This document shows, piece after piece, positions 13,837-27,515 of a DNA stretch of 64,000 nucleotides. The notes beneath the pieces are model-generated. The model saw only the letters and a program-made list of their open reading frames with translations, made no database searches and was not told the DNA's origin. The DNA is from Eledone cirrhosa (taxonomy: Eukaryota), in NCBI GenBank assembly GCA_964016885.1, contig OZ024740.1, forward strand, positions 161,014,001 to 161,078,000. Reading direction: 5' to 3'. Position 1 is the stretch's first letter, and each line of letters opens with the position of its first letter. Both the position numbers and the translations under genes were made by a program.

Positions 13837-14800
13837 TTATTGTTGTGTTCTTTGTTCAAATCCTCTCAGTTGAGATGCCTTGGTCTGCACCCTTTGTTTC
13901 AACTCCTCAATGCTAACATTTATACCTTTCTTCTGTACAATATATTTCTTTTCTATTTCAAGATGTTTTTTCTTCTTTATTTCCTTTTGATTTTTATGTT
14001 CTAAGACGTTATAATGCCTTTTTGATTTAATTGATTCTCTAATTCTTCTCTTCCGCCATGGTTCCTTCCCTTTTTCCCATTCAATGGATTTACAAACCCT
14101 ATTTTCCTTGCAACAAATACAACATTGCTCCAATAAGTTTATTTTTATCAGATATATTTTCCTTTCTAATATCATTCAGTACATTTTTTAGTCCCTGTAG
14201 TTGGTTCAGATTATCCTCTGTCATAATATTGATGATCTCATTAATCACCTTATTATTTTCATTCCTTTCATTCTTCTCTAGGATACTGATTATCGATTCT
14301 CTTTCAAACTCCCCCCTGTTCACTTTATTTATCACAATCTCCCTATTCTCATGCTCTTTATCCTCAGCTGTAACCCCATACAGATATAGCTCTTCTACTT
14401 CTTTCTTTCAATATGAGCTCTATTTGTCATTCATTTCTTTTAATCATCCACATTTGGTCAGATATTCTTTGTTCCATCACTTTCAACTTTGTCTCTCTTT
14501 CCAGATGTTGTGCATTCGTATTCTGTAACCTCTTACAGGTTTTTCCTCATCACCAACAGGCCTACTAAAAAAATAGCACTCCATTACAGTTACAGTCATC
14601 TTTTCAACTATCCTGTTCTAGTAGAAGTTGTGAGGCCACAGGGTCCATACTGCTCACATATAGGATTCTTATTGGGTGAGACACCTTCAGCATTACTGTC
14701 TCCAGCATGATGATTCATGCCATTATTTCGATTCAATTGTTTTTCTATTTCACTCAAAATGATGTTAGTGTTGATGAGGTGCCACAATCACCAGTATCTT
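13837..14800 (-). mobile_element. Second, more diverged Dong/R4 N-terminal fragment
   Basis: RIRMHNIW, EPWRKRRI and IEELKQRVQTKASQLR are homologous to the 12308-13423 ORFs. Confidence 0.8.
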
Positions 14801-15019
14801 TTACCAAGACTCCATCTCTAAAGGGTGTTTTAAACAACTTATATAAGCCCACAGACCTTTAAGTGAAGGTGTGCTCTTCTGCACATAGACCAATGAAGTA
14901 CTTTATATTCCACAGCATTAATCTTATTGTTCTTGTTTACCTGTTTTCCATGCTGTTGTTACTATTGCTGCTGCTGCTCCTGTAGTTTTTGTTGTTGCCT
15001 TTTTTTACTCTCATTATCA

Positions 15020-15460
15020 TGTTGGACACATCTGAAAGGGTTGAAGACAAGCACCTTCCTCTTTGGTGAGCCCCTGATTAACCTTTTCAGGTTTCACTCT
15101 AAGAGGAAAGTCAGGGTGCTGAGGGAAGTGCTGATTTCCAAGCAGTCTGGTGAAAGAGGCAAGAATCACCTAAGTGAATGGGCCTGTTCTGAGTATGCAC
15201 CTGTAGATTGGAGGAGGACAACTGGGAGAGGGTATATGCCCTAGCGGTCATGTTGACCATCGCTTCTCGTGAGCATTCTCCATGTGTGACCCTCGGAAGT
15301 CCTCACTATTGGGTAATTTATTTTGTTTGAATTTTTACACGTCTTCCTTGTTTTTGTTAAAAGCATTTTACATGCAGAAACCCACACTATATGATCCTGT
15401 ACCGTCCTTAATGTTTTCTTATTGTGAACCCTGTGTGACTAATAAAGAAATCATTATCAT
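15020..15460 (+). mobile_element. 5'-truncated Tx1-like LINE (ORF2 end plus 3' UTR)
   Basis: WTHLKGLKTSTFLFGEPLINLFRFHSKRKVRV matches the end of the 50099-52543 ORF. Ends CCCTGTGTGACTAATAAAGAAATCATTAT. Confidence 0.9.
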
Positions 15461-16503
15461 ATATGTTGTTACTACTGTCATGATAATTGAGGTTGTTTTT
15501 GTTATTAATGTTTTCTTTTGATGTAGTAGCGCTGGTGGCTATTGAGTTGTTAAGGTGTTTGTACATTTTTTTTCATTATTATCTATCTGATACTTGAAAC
15601 ATGCATGTTTATGGTAGATGTTGACTTTCTTGTAACAATGAAAGACCAATACAGGATTCTAAATTCCGGTTTGTCTATGTATATATATATGTGTGACTTC
15701 CAAACGAGTTTCCTCCACCTCCAAATACCTTACCCTCTGCCTCTTGGTCTTGGCTGATAGGATGGAGAATACATTGCCCAAGAGGATAGCAAGGGAGATG
15801 TGTTGGAACAGCCACTACACCTCATAGCGCTTGCACCTGTGGGCAGCCAACTCTGCTCCAATAGTAGTGAGCAGGAATGCCGGAAGTCTCCCTTGCCACA
15901 GGCTCTACCACAAGCCGACCAGAGAGTGGCTATTACTTGGACAGTTTGCTCTCTTCGGCCAGCAGAGCCTGGGCTGGTTATCGAATGCACTAGGATGCCA
16001 CAAGAGGAGGTGTCACAGCATGTAGCATCCTAGACAATAGGCCTACTCCCATAGAATGAGAAGATTGTCATGCTGTCTGGCCTTTTGCTGTACCCTCAGT
16101 CCAACACTGACATCTGTGCCTACATGGCACAGATGTCAGTGTAATTAACCATACTCTTGCTACACTAATTTGTGTCTTTGTGAACATGTTAGAAACCCCT
16201 ATGTTTATTGTTGTTGTTGTTATTTAATTTGTTAGGTTATGAAGCAAAGCACTTTGCAGAATTTGTCCTGGCTCTTTATGCCAGGTGTTCAAACTCAGCA
16301 AAGATCAACTCTGCCTTTCATCCTTCTGTGTTAATCCCATTAGTCTCAGAAAGCCTGTGATAGCCTTGGCTACAATTTCTTCCTCTAGATTAATTCAAGG
16401 TGTAATTTCCAGTTTTCTTTCATAATGTCCAGTTTAGATCTTCTATATTGAATTATATACAAATAAATATTGATTCTAATAGCTCATTGAAGAGTGTTCG
16501 GTA

Positions 16504-16613
<110 letters not shown>

Positions 16614-17149
16614 ACACAGGACTGGTGATGTGACAAAATATACAACACCAATTCACCAGTACAAGCATGGCATCACTAAAAATAACATGGTTAGAAACTA
16701 GAGGTTATTGTGTCTGGCTATTGAACAGAGATAATATAGGGTTTGAGAGGACTCATCAGACTAGACAAACATGTGATAACATCTCTAGTGCTGGTGCCAT
16801 GATAAGATGTACGAAATACATCCAGTAAAGTGTAAATGTTGATGCCATGATAAATGCAGCCAATTTAATCTGTAATGTAGTAGGGAAGGTGCAGCCCCAT
16901 GCCCCCAAAATGCACTCAGTATACTCTGTAAAGTGGTTGGTATTAGGAAGAGCATTCATGCAAACAAAGAGACCATTGTCAAAATTGTAAGCCTATACCA
17001 ACTAGACCACCTGCCACATATCTCTGATAATACCTGCATATATATATTTACATACATCCATGCATAAATACATACACACACACGTGTACACACATCTGTG
17101 GAGAGAGAGAGATAAATTCTCTTCAGCAAGCTTTGTAAACTAATATCTA

Positions 17150-17204
<55 letters not shown>

Positions 17205-17271
17205 ATAAATATATACGCATATATAAATATATATATGTGTGTGTGTGTGAACATGAATATATACGTTATAC

Positions 17272-17340
<69 letters not shown>

Positions 17341-17973
17341 TAGAGTCATAATTATCAATACGAAATATAATTTTTTTTCAATTATGATTACAAATCCAAT
17401 TAACAATTTTCATCAAGCAAAATAAGACAAACACTTACACAACTTGTATATTTTACAAGTTTTATTCCGTATTTCCTGGTATATTTCAGCAATTTTTTCT
17501 CCTTTTTTTCAAAATCAATTAAAGAAATGATAAACAATAATTGTTTTAATTATTCGATATTCATTTTATTTTCAAATCTAATTATGAAAGTTCTCTCTCT
17601 CCCCTTTTTTTTTCTCACCTTTGTTTTTTTTTACCATGTGTCTCTCTTCTCTTTTTCTTTCTTACCTGTATTCTTTTTCGTGTGACTCTATTGTTTTATA
17701 ATATACTTTTGTTTTAGATTTCCTCTACTCATTACAACATTTATTTTGTTATTTGCAATAATGGTATAAACCAAGTGTGCATTGATAGGGTGATTTAGTA
17801 CAAAGAGATATATATCATCATCTTCATTCTATGTCTAATATTCATGCATGCATAGAACAGATGAGTTGTCATGTTCTGAAACTACATAGGTCAGCTAACT
17901 ACGTGTTGCTCACATGTTCCATTATGTTATGGTTTATACAGAAAAAGATACGGAGGGCAAACATATAATGTTT

Positions 17974-18016
17974 ACGGTGCTGATGACAGCTAATAAGCTA
18001 GAAACTAGTTCATCGT
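17974..18016 (+). ncRNA. Minimal type I hammerhead ribozyme motif
   Basis: ACGGTG-CTGATGA-cAGCTaataAGCTa-GAAA-CTAG-TT-CATCGT. Stem I pairs 6/6 (one GU) and loop III is palindromic. The stem II closing pair is a C.A mismatch. Confidence 0.75.
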
Positions 18017-18134
18017 TCGTTTGTGAGTGTTGAACAAAAGGGCAACGATGGTTGCCGAACACTGTACAGCTTAATTCGGGCTGTTTGTTTACAAACCGAA
18101 CATTATAATAAATGTTTGGTAAACCCATACGTAC

Positions 18135-18175
<41 letters not shown>

Positions 18176-18420
18176 CATGTATCTATGTATATACATATTA
18201 CTGTACGTCTGTATACATATATATGTAGGTATGAAAACATACTTACATTTAAGTATCAGCCGTACTAAGAGTGAGAAATGAAATTTCATTTTTTCTATTT
18301 ATCGTTTTCGGTACGCCCGGTCGACTAACTCACTCGATATGCAAATTAGGCTGCTCAGCCGTTAATATGCATAAGGAAAGTATATACTTTCAAACGTTCA
18401 ATCGACTGACAGAAAGGTAT

Positions 18421-18455
18421 ACGGTGCTGATGACAGCTAGAAACAAGTTCATCGT
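18421..18455 (+). ncRNA. Second hammerhead motif with collapsed stem II
   Basis: ACGGTG-CTGATGA-cagcta-GAAA-caag-TT-CATCGT. Confidence 0.6.
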
Positions 18456-20404
18456 TCCTTTGTCAGTGTTGAACAAAAGGGCAACGATGGTTGCCGAACA
18501 CTGTACGGCTTAATTCGGGCTGTTTGTTTACAAACAAACCGAACATTATAATAAATGTTCGGTAAACCCATACGTACATATATATATTGTGCATGTATGT
18601 ATGTATGCATACTACTGTACGTCTGTATACATATATGTATGTACGTATACATACTTACATTTAAGTATCAGCCGTACTAAGGATGGGAACTGAAATTTCA
18701 TTTTTTCCATTTATATACATATATATATATATATATATACATACATACATATATACATACATATATACATACATATATATACATATATATATACACATAT
18801 ATATACATATATAAATATTTATACATACATATATATATATGTGTGTGTGTGTATACATATGTGCAGCCACTCTTCTGTAATTTTTCCTGTCTCTAAGGCA
18901 ACTTGCTCACATCTTTCCACTATCCAACCTAATTCCTAACAGTCTTTACTCAATGTCAATGAAAAATATTTTCACCACCACCATTGAAACCTCTGCTGGT
19001 GATGCTGTTTGTTGAAATGTTTGTGTTTTGTTTATTACTTTACGATGGAGCATAACAAAAATAAAATGGGATTTCAAATGTTTATTTAAGTAACTAATAA
19101 AATGGATTAAAACAAAAATAATCTTGTTCTTGTTTCCTCTTTCTCCCTTCTGTACATTCATTCTACTGACTTATTAATTTTTATTTTTTTTCTGTTGGTG
19201 AAGTGCATTTAAGAAGTTTCTTTCCAATCACAAGGTTTATTGTTCAGTTACATTGTCAGCTATGTTGGTCATGTATCTACTACTCTAGCCTAGGACTGAC
19301 TAATGCTTTGGGAGTAAAATTTAACAATTTGGTAAATGGAAACTGAAATTGAATTCAATTTTAAAATTAGTTATAGAAACAGAAATATGTCTTATTTCTA
19401 ATTATTTTTACTCTGAGGAGAGATGATATATGCCTAGACTACATCTCTTCCTTCCACAGGATAAAAGAACAACTAATAAAAAACAAATTTATTTTGTGTC
19501 GAAAATTCCAGTCAAAGAACAAATGAAGTTCTTCCCTAGATGTATAATGATGGTGAAGACAAGTCAAAAGTGGTAAAGAACAACATATTTGTGACAGGTG
19601 TGCAAGCACTCAGACAAACACACTGAGTGACCAAAATTAAAATCTCTTCTTTTTATTCCGGAATTTGTGCCTGTCTTGCTATAAAGTTTTGCAATGTTGA
19701 TTTCCAGCTTTCGTCCCTTACTGAACATGCCATATCCTATATGTTTGATCCTTTTATTTTCGAGCTGTTGGTTTACATATGCACATTTTCTGTCAAGGGA
19801 AGGCAACACTCATTACTGTTTTTAGGGCCTCCAAAACTTGTGATGAAGAAAGAGAGAGGAAATTATTGTCAAGTCTGAGATCTGGCTCAAATACTTGCAG
19901 CATAGTGGAGTAGAATAAAGGCACTCAAGGACCAGATGATGGTGATTAAGGGCCGGATGAGGGATTAAGTCTACTAGTCAAATATGACAGGAGGGATTTG
20001 AACTAAGATTACAAAAATATATTAATGAGTCTGCCAGTTTCTATTGAGCCAGTTTATATTATCACCTTTTCTCAGAACATACTATTTCTAATTAGATTTT
20101 GTTATGTTTAGTGTATTATATGTGAGAACTAACGTGAGTAATAAATATTGCATGTTACAAATGTATATAGCAAAGACCTTAGTAAGGGAATATAAATTCC
20201 ATATTCAGGCAGTACTCTGGATATATTTATTAGATGAAAATTTATGTTTATGTTCAATTTAATACCTATGTGTAAAGACGAGAAAGAAATTACAATACTT
20301 ATGTAAAACTCACTGTTTTCTAGGTATGCTATAGAATATATATGTATATATGTGTGTGTCTATGTATATATACAAATATGTGTGTATATATATATTTGTT
20401 TGCA

Positions 20405-20690
20405 AATACAAGCGGCTGAAATGGGGTTACTAGACAGAGTGCATAGCTCGGAGATCAGAGAGTTACTCCAGGTAGAGCTGCTACTTCTTCGAATTGAGGG
20501 ATCACAGCTCCGATACTATGGGCATGTAGTTACAATGTCTCAGGAAAGAATTGCTGGACAGATTTTATGGGCAAAACTATCCAGCAAGAGTCCCAGGAGT
20601 AGACCCCCAGCAAGATGGTTGGATAACATCTATGGGCTTGGCTGGTCTCACTTGGTAATCCAGCCAGAGCAGTTGGAGATGGTTGCTTCT
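20405..20690 (+). mobile_element. RTE (Expander-like) 3' fragment
   Basis: IQAAEMG..IRELLQVELLLLRIEGSQLRYYGHV..RSRP..RWLDNI. Confidence 0.85.
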
Positions 20691-20998
20691 TGAGCTAAAC
20701 ACTTTATTTTACATTGCTCCAGTTTACTCAGCTGTAGTAATGGTGCCAAGCTGTATTGGCCATTGTCTTCCTCATTGACAGCATTGGTGGCACTTGGTGG
20801 GGAGACTGGCATGCATGAATGATTGCTCATCTTCTATCTTGCCTCAGTTTGTGCCCCAGAGGGGAACTTTCTACATGCAAATCAATGGTCATTCATTACT
20901 GAGGGGGGACCTATTATATATAGATACATATATATATATATACATATATACATATTAATTCAAAATATTAACAAAATAGATATTCTTGTGATCAAGTA

Positions 20999-21065
20999 TA
21001 TTTTATTATACATATTTCAGAGGTACTGAGTTAACCTCAACAGTACGTCCTCATCAGATAAAATA
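20999..21065 (-). ncRNA. Minimal hammerhead ribozyme motif (Penelope-type)
   Basis: Minus strand TATTTTAT-CTGATGA-[ggacGTACTG..CAGTACctct]-GAAA-tatgta-TA-ATAAAATA. Stem I pairs 8/8. Confidence 0.75.
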
Positions 21066-21416
21066 AGATGATGCGTGACATACCCTGACATAGTAGATGG
21101 TTAAGATTCAGTCATGGTAGTGAGTAATATATGACAAAACTCAATATTTATATACCTTAATATTGAAAACATGAAAAAAACTACATATAATACATATAAT
21201 AGAGAGAGTGCATGTGCGAAAGCTTAAAATTACATGGCAGCAATATAACTGTTAAACATTCAAATAATTTAAATTACTGAAGAAAGAGGAAAGAAAAGAA
21301 AGGCATAGAGGAAGAAACAGATGAGGGGATAATATTGCTAGTAGGAGCCTAGAAAACAAAGGAGAGTTGATTACAGAGAGAGCGATAAAGAGGAATAACT
21401 TATATAGTGTAATAAT

Positions 21417-21598
21417 TGTTTCTACTTTAGGCACAAGGCCAGCAATTATCCAGTGCATTACTGGTACTTTATTTTATCGACCCCGTAAGGATGAAAGGCA
21501 AAGTCAACCTCGGCGGGATTTGAACTCAGATCGTAAAGGGACGTAACTATGCTGGAAAGCATGGCGTCCGACCCTCTACCGATACTGCCAATCCGCCC
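21417..21598 (-). mobile_element. Young SINE copy with 14-bp TSD
   Basis: TATAGTGTAATAAT at 21403-21416 and 21599-21612. Confidence 0.92.
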
Positions 21599-23189
21599 TA
21601 TAGTGTAATAATATAGTGTAATCCGCTATAGTGTAATAATATAGGGAGATATTAAATTAGAACAACATTTGGGCTTAGCTTTAGGAAAAAGGAAAAAATT
21701 CAATTCATTGAATTGTTGAAATATCTAAAAATATTCATCAATCGAAATTTTAAATATAATTGGGTGTATTCATATGAAGGTTAATACCAAGTCTTTAGAC
21801 AATTATCTATATATACAATATATATGCAAACATATTTGGTTGACCGTTAACATACAAATCAATTAATTTAAGTTAGTTCAGAGTAATGAATAATATTTTA
21901 GGTTATAAATGTTAATAAATAACTGTATTAATATTAAAGTATACTATCATATTTAATTTCTAAAATCAAATGTTATGAAATCAAATTTAAAGGATTTACA
22001 AACACGAGAAAGAAAACATAATGTTTTTACAACCTCACGAAGGTAAACTTTACTAAATTTATTATATAATATTAAATTATTTATATTATATTGAAAACAG
22101 TTTATATTATATAATTTAGAAAATAATTACAGTCATAATTTTTAAAGAATTTTAAGATTAACAATTTGAATGCCTAAAGGATCAACAGGCCTTATAATTA
22201 AACTTTAAAAAGTCTGATTATTAAATTATATATATGCGTTTATCAAAAAAATACACAAAGATTATATTGTCTAAAGACTTAAGATGATACCTCTCAAATA
22301 GACATAACATAGTACAATACAATAAATAAGTTACTGAAAATATTGTTAAAATTAATGTTTTAGATCAATTATTGTAATAGGATCATTTAATAGATATATA
22401 CTATAAATATACAAGTCAAAACTTCATGATAAGGACTAAATACAAAATAAAAAGTGAAAAAAGTAAAAATAATGAATTTTTGCGATCATAAAAGTGCCCA
22501 ATATTAAAAAATATAGTTTAAAATGCAAGAGGGTTTTTTTTTTATTTATATAGTAGACAAACAACACTTCTAAAATGTCCACGAAGATGATAGAAAGAGG
22601 AGCTAAGGATTTGAATGACTCGAAGGTAACACAAATTTAATTAAAATAAATTAAATTAAATTAAGTAATAATCGTTATATAATTTAGAACATTAAAGAAA
22701 TATCTAACAATTATAACAATAGAGAGTCATTTGAGTATCCAAATTACTTATATATGTAACTAGGAGCATGTTATTATACTAGATAAACATATTTGTTCAA
22801 ATATAGAGAGAGAGTATTATAGGTATTAGTGAAACGATATACATATAATAAATAAATAATTACAATCATTATTAGTAATGTTATAATTGTAGTTTTACCT
22901 CCAGTGTAAAAATCATTCTTTGATTTATTCATTGAACCTGGTTTAACCTTTAAATACATATATACATATATATATATATTTATATATATATGTATGTGTG
23001 GGTGTTTGTATGCATGAGTGTTGGTGTATGAGTGGTGTGTGTGTTTGTATGCATGAGTGTTGGTGTGTGAGTTAGTGTGTGTGTGTGTGCCGTGAGTGTC
23101 AATAAGGGATGTTTTTTTTGTTTTTTTTTTGTTATGACCATGCTGTAAAATGGAGGGGTAGAGAGGGCCCATGAGTCCAGTAAGACACC

Positions 23190-26100
23190 ATCTCTAGTGC
23201 TGGTGGCACGAATAAAAGCACCCAGTCCATGCTGTAAAGTGGCACTGGTGTTAGGAAGGGCATCCAACCAGTGTATCAATGCCAAAACAATTATGAGCAC
23301 ACCAACAAATATATACCATGTTAGGGCTGCGCACGGTAGAGGGGTGGCTGGTGCGGCCATGTGCGAGAACCCCTCGACCGTCTTCAAGCAATCGCACTAC
23401 AGGAAAAGGAACAACAAAAATATGAAGACGTCGCATCTCAGAATTGGCACACTCACAGGTAGATCTGGTGAAATAGTGGAGATGCTGGAGAGAAAGCAAG
23501 TGGATGTGTGCTGCGTGCAAGAGGTGAGAAGTAGAGGTGCCTCTGCAAGACTAATCGCAGGCAAACATCTTAGTTATGAGCTTATTTGGGTAGGTAAGGA
23601 TGATTGGTTAGCAGGAGTAGGCATTTTCCTGGCTGAGAGATGGATCAATAAGACAATAGAGGTAGTTCGAGTTAATAATCGAATAATTAAGCTTAGATTA
23701 TTTGTAAGCAGTAGACTACTGACAATCATCTCTGCCTATGCTCCCCAAGCAGGCCTAGGTAATGAAGAGAAAGACTGCACTACAAGCAACTTTTACAAAC
23801 AGCTGCAATGACAGAGGACGGCGTCATCGTTATGCTAGCAGGGGACTTCAATGGTTATGTTGGACAGCTCCAGGATTATTATACTGTGGTACATGGTGGG
23901 CACGGTTACGGCTCAAGAAATGAAGAAGGAGTGAGACTTCTTGAATTTTGTGATGCAGGTACACTGACCATTTGCAACACTAACTTCCAGAAACCTGCCA
24001 ACCACCTAATAACCTACAAATCAGGCAAGCACATAAGCCAGATTGACTTCTTACTAGTTAGGCAGCGGGACAGACAGATGGTATCAAATACCAAGGCATA
24101 CCCTGGGGAAGATTGTACCCCACAGCATAGGTTAATCGTTAGTGATATCTCAGTAAGCAAGAGATGGAATGAGACATACAGGAAGGTGTGGAGAAGAAAG
24201 GTCTGGAAGCTAAAAGACCTTTCACTAAAATACAAATTTAGGAAAGCCCTTCAAGATGGGTATGACGAAAAAGAAGACGATTTAGAGTCGTTTGACAGAT
24301 AATAACTGAAATTTCTTACGTGACGACTTACTGCGGGCTACTGATGAAAATTATGGTTGGAGTAGGGCTCCAACCAGACAGAGAGTGACCTGGTGGTGGA
24401 ACAGCACAGTAGATAGGGCCATTAGAGACAAAAGACTAGCATGGAAAGCTTGGGAAAAGGGTGGGAGTAGAGAAGGATATACAGCCACTAAGAGAGAAGC
24501 TAGACATCAGGTGTACTTAGCACACAGGGAGGCTGAGAGTTGGAGGTTTGCCAATGTTCTGCGACGGGAAGATCAGAGGTGTGCGGTGTTCCACATTGCA
24601 AGGCAGTGTGTCAATGCAAATCAGGATGCTGTTGGAGATAAATGTGTCCGGAATGATGCCGGTGTACTTAGTGTCACGAATGATCAGAAAAAGGAGGCCT
24701 GGAAATGTCATTATGAGAGACTGATGAATATGGATAACGAATGGGAGAGAGAGAAATTACCCTCAGTAGATCCAACAGAGGGACCAGCTATTGAGATTGA
24801 AGAATATAGGGTCCAAGAGGCGATTAAGGAAATGAAAAATGGTAAGGCCGCTGGGCCGTCGGGGATAGTTGCTGAGATGCTGAAGGCTTCAGGGGACGTA
24901 GGCCCTAAACTGGTTGCACGTATCATCAATCAGGCTATATATGGTGGTGTCATACCCAAAGACTGGTGAAGCAGTATTCTCATAAATTGTTACAAAGGTA
25001 AAGGGGATGCTCTGGAGAGGAGCAATTATAGGGGTATCAAACTGATGGATCAGGTTATGAAAGTGGCAGAAAGGATATTAGCACAACCAATTAGAGAAAG
25101 GGTCAAACTAGATGAGATGCAGTCTGGTTTTGTGCTTGGGAAAAGTAAAACAGATGCCCTCTTCTTGAGGTTCTTAGAGAAAAATAAGCCACTATACTTA
25201 GCCTTTGTTGACCTGGAGAAGGCCTTTGATAGCGTACCCCGATCTGTCATCTGGTGGTCCCTAAGGAAATTAGGTGTAGAGGAATGGCTTATGAGGACAG
25301 TGCAACTTTTGTACAGAGGTGCTGTTAGTAAAGTCAGGGTAGGAATGGAGTTTAGTGAGGAATTCCAGATACAAGTAGGAGTACATCAAGGTTCGGTCCT
25401 CAGCCCGCTCTTGTTTATTATAGTCCTCCAAGCCATAACAGAGGAATTTCAGACTGGCTGTCCATGGGAACTTCTCTATACTGACGATCTGGTTCTTATA
25501 GCAGAATCAGTAGAGGAGCTAGAGAATAAATTCTGGCTATCGAAACAGCAGTTGGAAGCAAGAGGACTGAGAGTGAACATAGCTAAGACAAAAGTGCTGA
25601 TGAGTAGAAAAGAGGACAAAACTCTGATTCCATCAGGGAAATGGCCATTTTCGATATACAGAAAAGGAACTGGCATAAATTCTATAAAATGCACACAATG
25701 CAGATCCTGGGTACACAAGATATTTAGTGGGATAACAGGCAAACTAACAGGTAGGGAGAAATACGTATTCAGTAGATGTACAGGGAAATTAGACAGTAGA
25801 AGTCGCATTGATAGACACATTTTCCAAATGCAGGCGAGTGCTATAGAAGTGGTGGATAGCTTCCGGTACCTAGGAGATCAGATCAGCATAGGAGGGGGGG
25901 GGGGGTTCTGAGGCCATAGTATCTAGAATAAGGACAGATTGGAAGAAGTTAAGGAAGCTGCTTCCTCTGCTGATGAAGAAGGGTTTCTCCCTGCGTACGA
26001 AAGGCCGGTTATATGATGCCTATGTAGGGAGCGCGATGCAGCATGGTAGTTAGACTTGCGCAGCAACTGCAGAGGATATGTGACGGCTGGAGAGAAATGA

Positions 26101-26265
26101 GGCAAGCATGCTCCGTTGGATGTGGAATTTCGATGTGCGTGAACGACCCAGCATGGATGTGTTGAGAGAGAAACTGTGGAGATGACGAAGGACCGTGACA
26201 AGTGGAGAGATGCTGTGCTGATAAGACCCGTCCCACCCTTGCAAGCAGGGAGAAGCGGACGTAAA

Positions 26266-26297
<32 letters not shown>
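23190..26297 (+). mobile_element. Near full-length RTE-clade LINE (APE, RT, PHD) with several stops and frameshifts
   Basis: VQEVR, SAYAPQ, GDFNG, QIDF, QHRL (APE); GPSG, FVDLEKAFD, GVHQGSVLSP, YTDD, FRYLG (RT); (GAT)n tail. Confidence 0.95.
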
Positions 26298-26354
26298 ACA
26301 TATGATCCCCCTCATTATGATTGCTCCCTGAGCTGATCGAGATGCTGTAATACT

Positions 26355-26550
26355 GACTACAGTCCACACTGTAATGTGGTCATGTAGGTAACACGGTAAA
26401 AAGCTCCCAGTCCACAATATAAATGTGGTTGGTGTTAGGAAAACCTGCCAGATAGTCCTATACGAGCGAGACACGGTCACCCAACCAATCTTGCCTCAAA
26501 TGGGACAAATCCTGTCTAACCCATGCTAGTATGGAAAATAGACATTAAAC

Positions 26551-26586
<36 letters not shown>
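26355..26586 (+). mobile_element. RTE 3' module with (GAT)n tail
   Basis: Aligns closely with 45090-45333. Confidence 0.8.
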
Positions 26587-26616
<30 letters not shown>

Positions 26617-26621
<5 letters not shown>

Positions 26622-26759
26622 AAAAAGTATGACCCCGACGGCAGATCTCAAGCCGTTTCGACGGCTATTTGTGGACTAAATTAGAATGTTTTTCTAATTT
26701 AGTCCAGAAATAGCCGTCGAAACGCTTGATCTCTGCCGTCGGGGTCATACTTTTCCTAT
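26617..26759. repeat. Near-perfect 143-bp palindrome
   Basis: About 70-bp arms ATAGGAAAAAGTATGACCCCGACGGCAG...CTAAATTAGAA and its reverse complement around a 5-nt loop (26687-26691). Confidence 0.95.
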
Positions 26760-26856
26760 TTCCCACTCTACTACCCTAAGTGTTGAGTACTCTGGTGCGT
26801 TATGGTCCATCTGGTTCCTTACCACAATTCCTTTGTTATATATATATATATATATG

Positions 26857-27345
26857 TGTGGAGGTCGGACCTTCGTAGAGACCTGAAAATCCGCCTCTTC
26901 ATTGCTGTAGTGGAGTCTGTGCTGCTGTATGGGTCTGAGACTTGGACACTGACCAAGAGACTCACTCAGATGGTGGATGGGTGCTACACGAGAATGCTGA
27001 GGATGGCTCTGAACATTAATCAGTATACACTGAGGATGAAAAACTCAGAGCTGTATGGGAGCATCCCAAAAGTCAGCTCAAAAGTGACACAGAGGAGACT
27101 GAGGTTGGCTGGACATGCTCACCGACATCCAGAGTTGACATTGCACTCAGTGCTCCTTTGGGAGCCCCTACATGGACACACTAGAAGAGGAAGACCAAGG
27201 TTAACATATGTTGATGCCCTAAGGACAGACACTGGTCTGTTGGAGATGCAGGATATGGCAGCGATAATGAGGGACAGAGACCGCTGGAGAGAACTCGTCC
27301 ATGGATCTCGGGAATTTTACCCGCCTTAGACATAGACTTAGATAT
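26857..27345 (+). mobile_element. 5'-truncated RTE-group LINE of a different family, open to its stop, within (TA)n
   Basis: KIRLF..VESVLLYGSETW..RRLRLAGH..RRGRPRLTY..DRDRW. Confidence 0.88.
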
Positions 27346-27515
27346 ATATATATATATGTATATATATACATATATAGGTATACTATTAATAGGTTTCTGT
27401 TACTCAAGGTTACGAGTGTGAGTAATGTGGACCGATGACTGTATCAGCACACAGTTGTTTCCCACTCAACATATGGGTTACTTCTGCAATCGACAATCCA
27501 TGGAGTAATTACAAA

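Larger units (their letters stand above)
17938..18712 (+). repeat. Tandem direct repeat (about 1.7 units, about 440-470 bp) carrying hammerhead motifs
   Basis: 17938-18301 and 18409-18712 align closely, e.g. AGTGTTGAACAAAAGGGCAACGATGGTTGCCGAACACTGTAC in both. Confidence 0.92.

Noticed and set aside
19459-19610. Acceptor-like CCACAG followed by an open frame
   Set aside because: No recognisable host protein. Weakly resembles a decayed piggyBac Cys-rich end, too weak to call.
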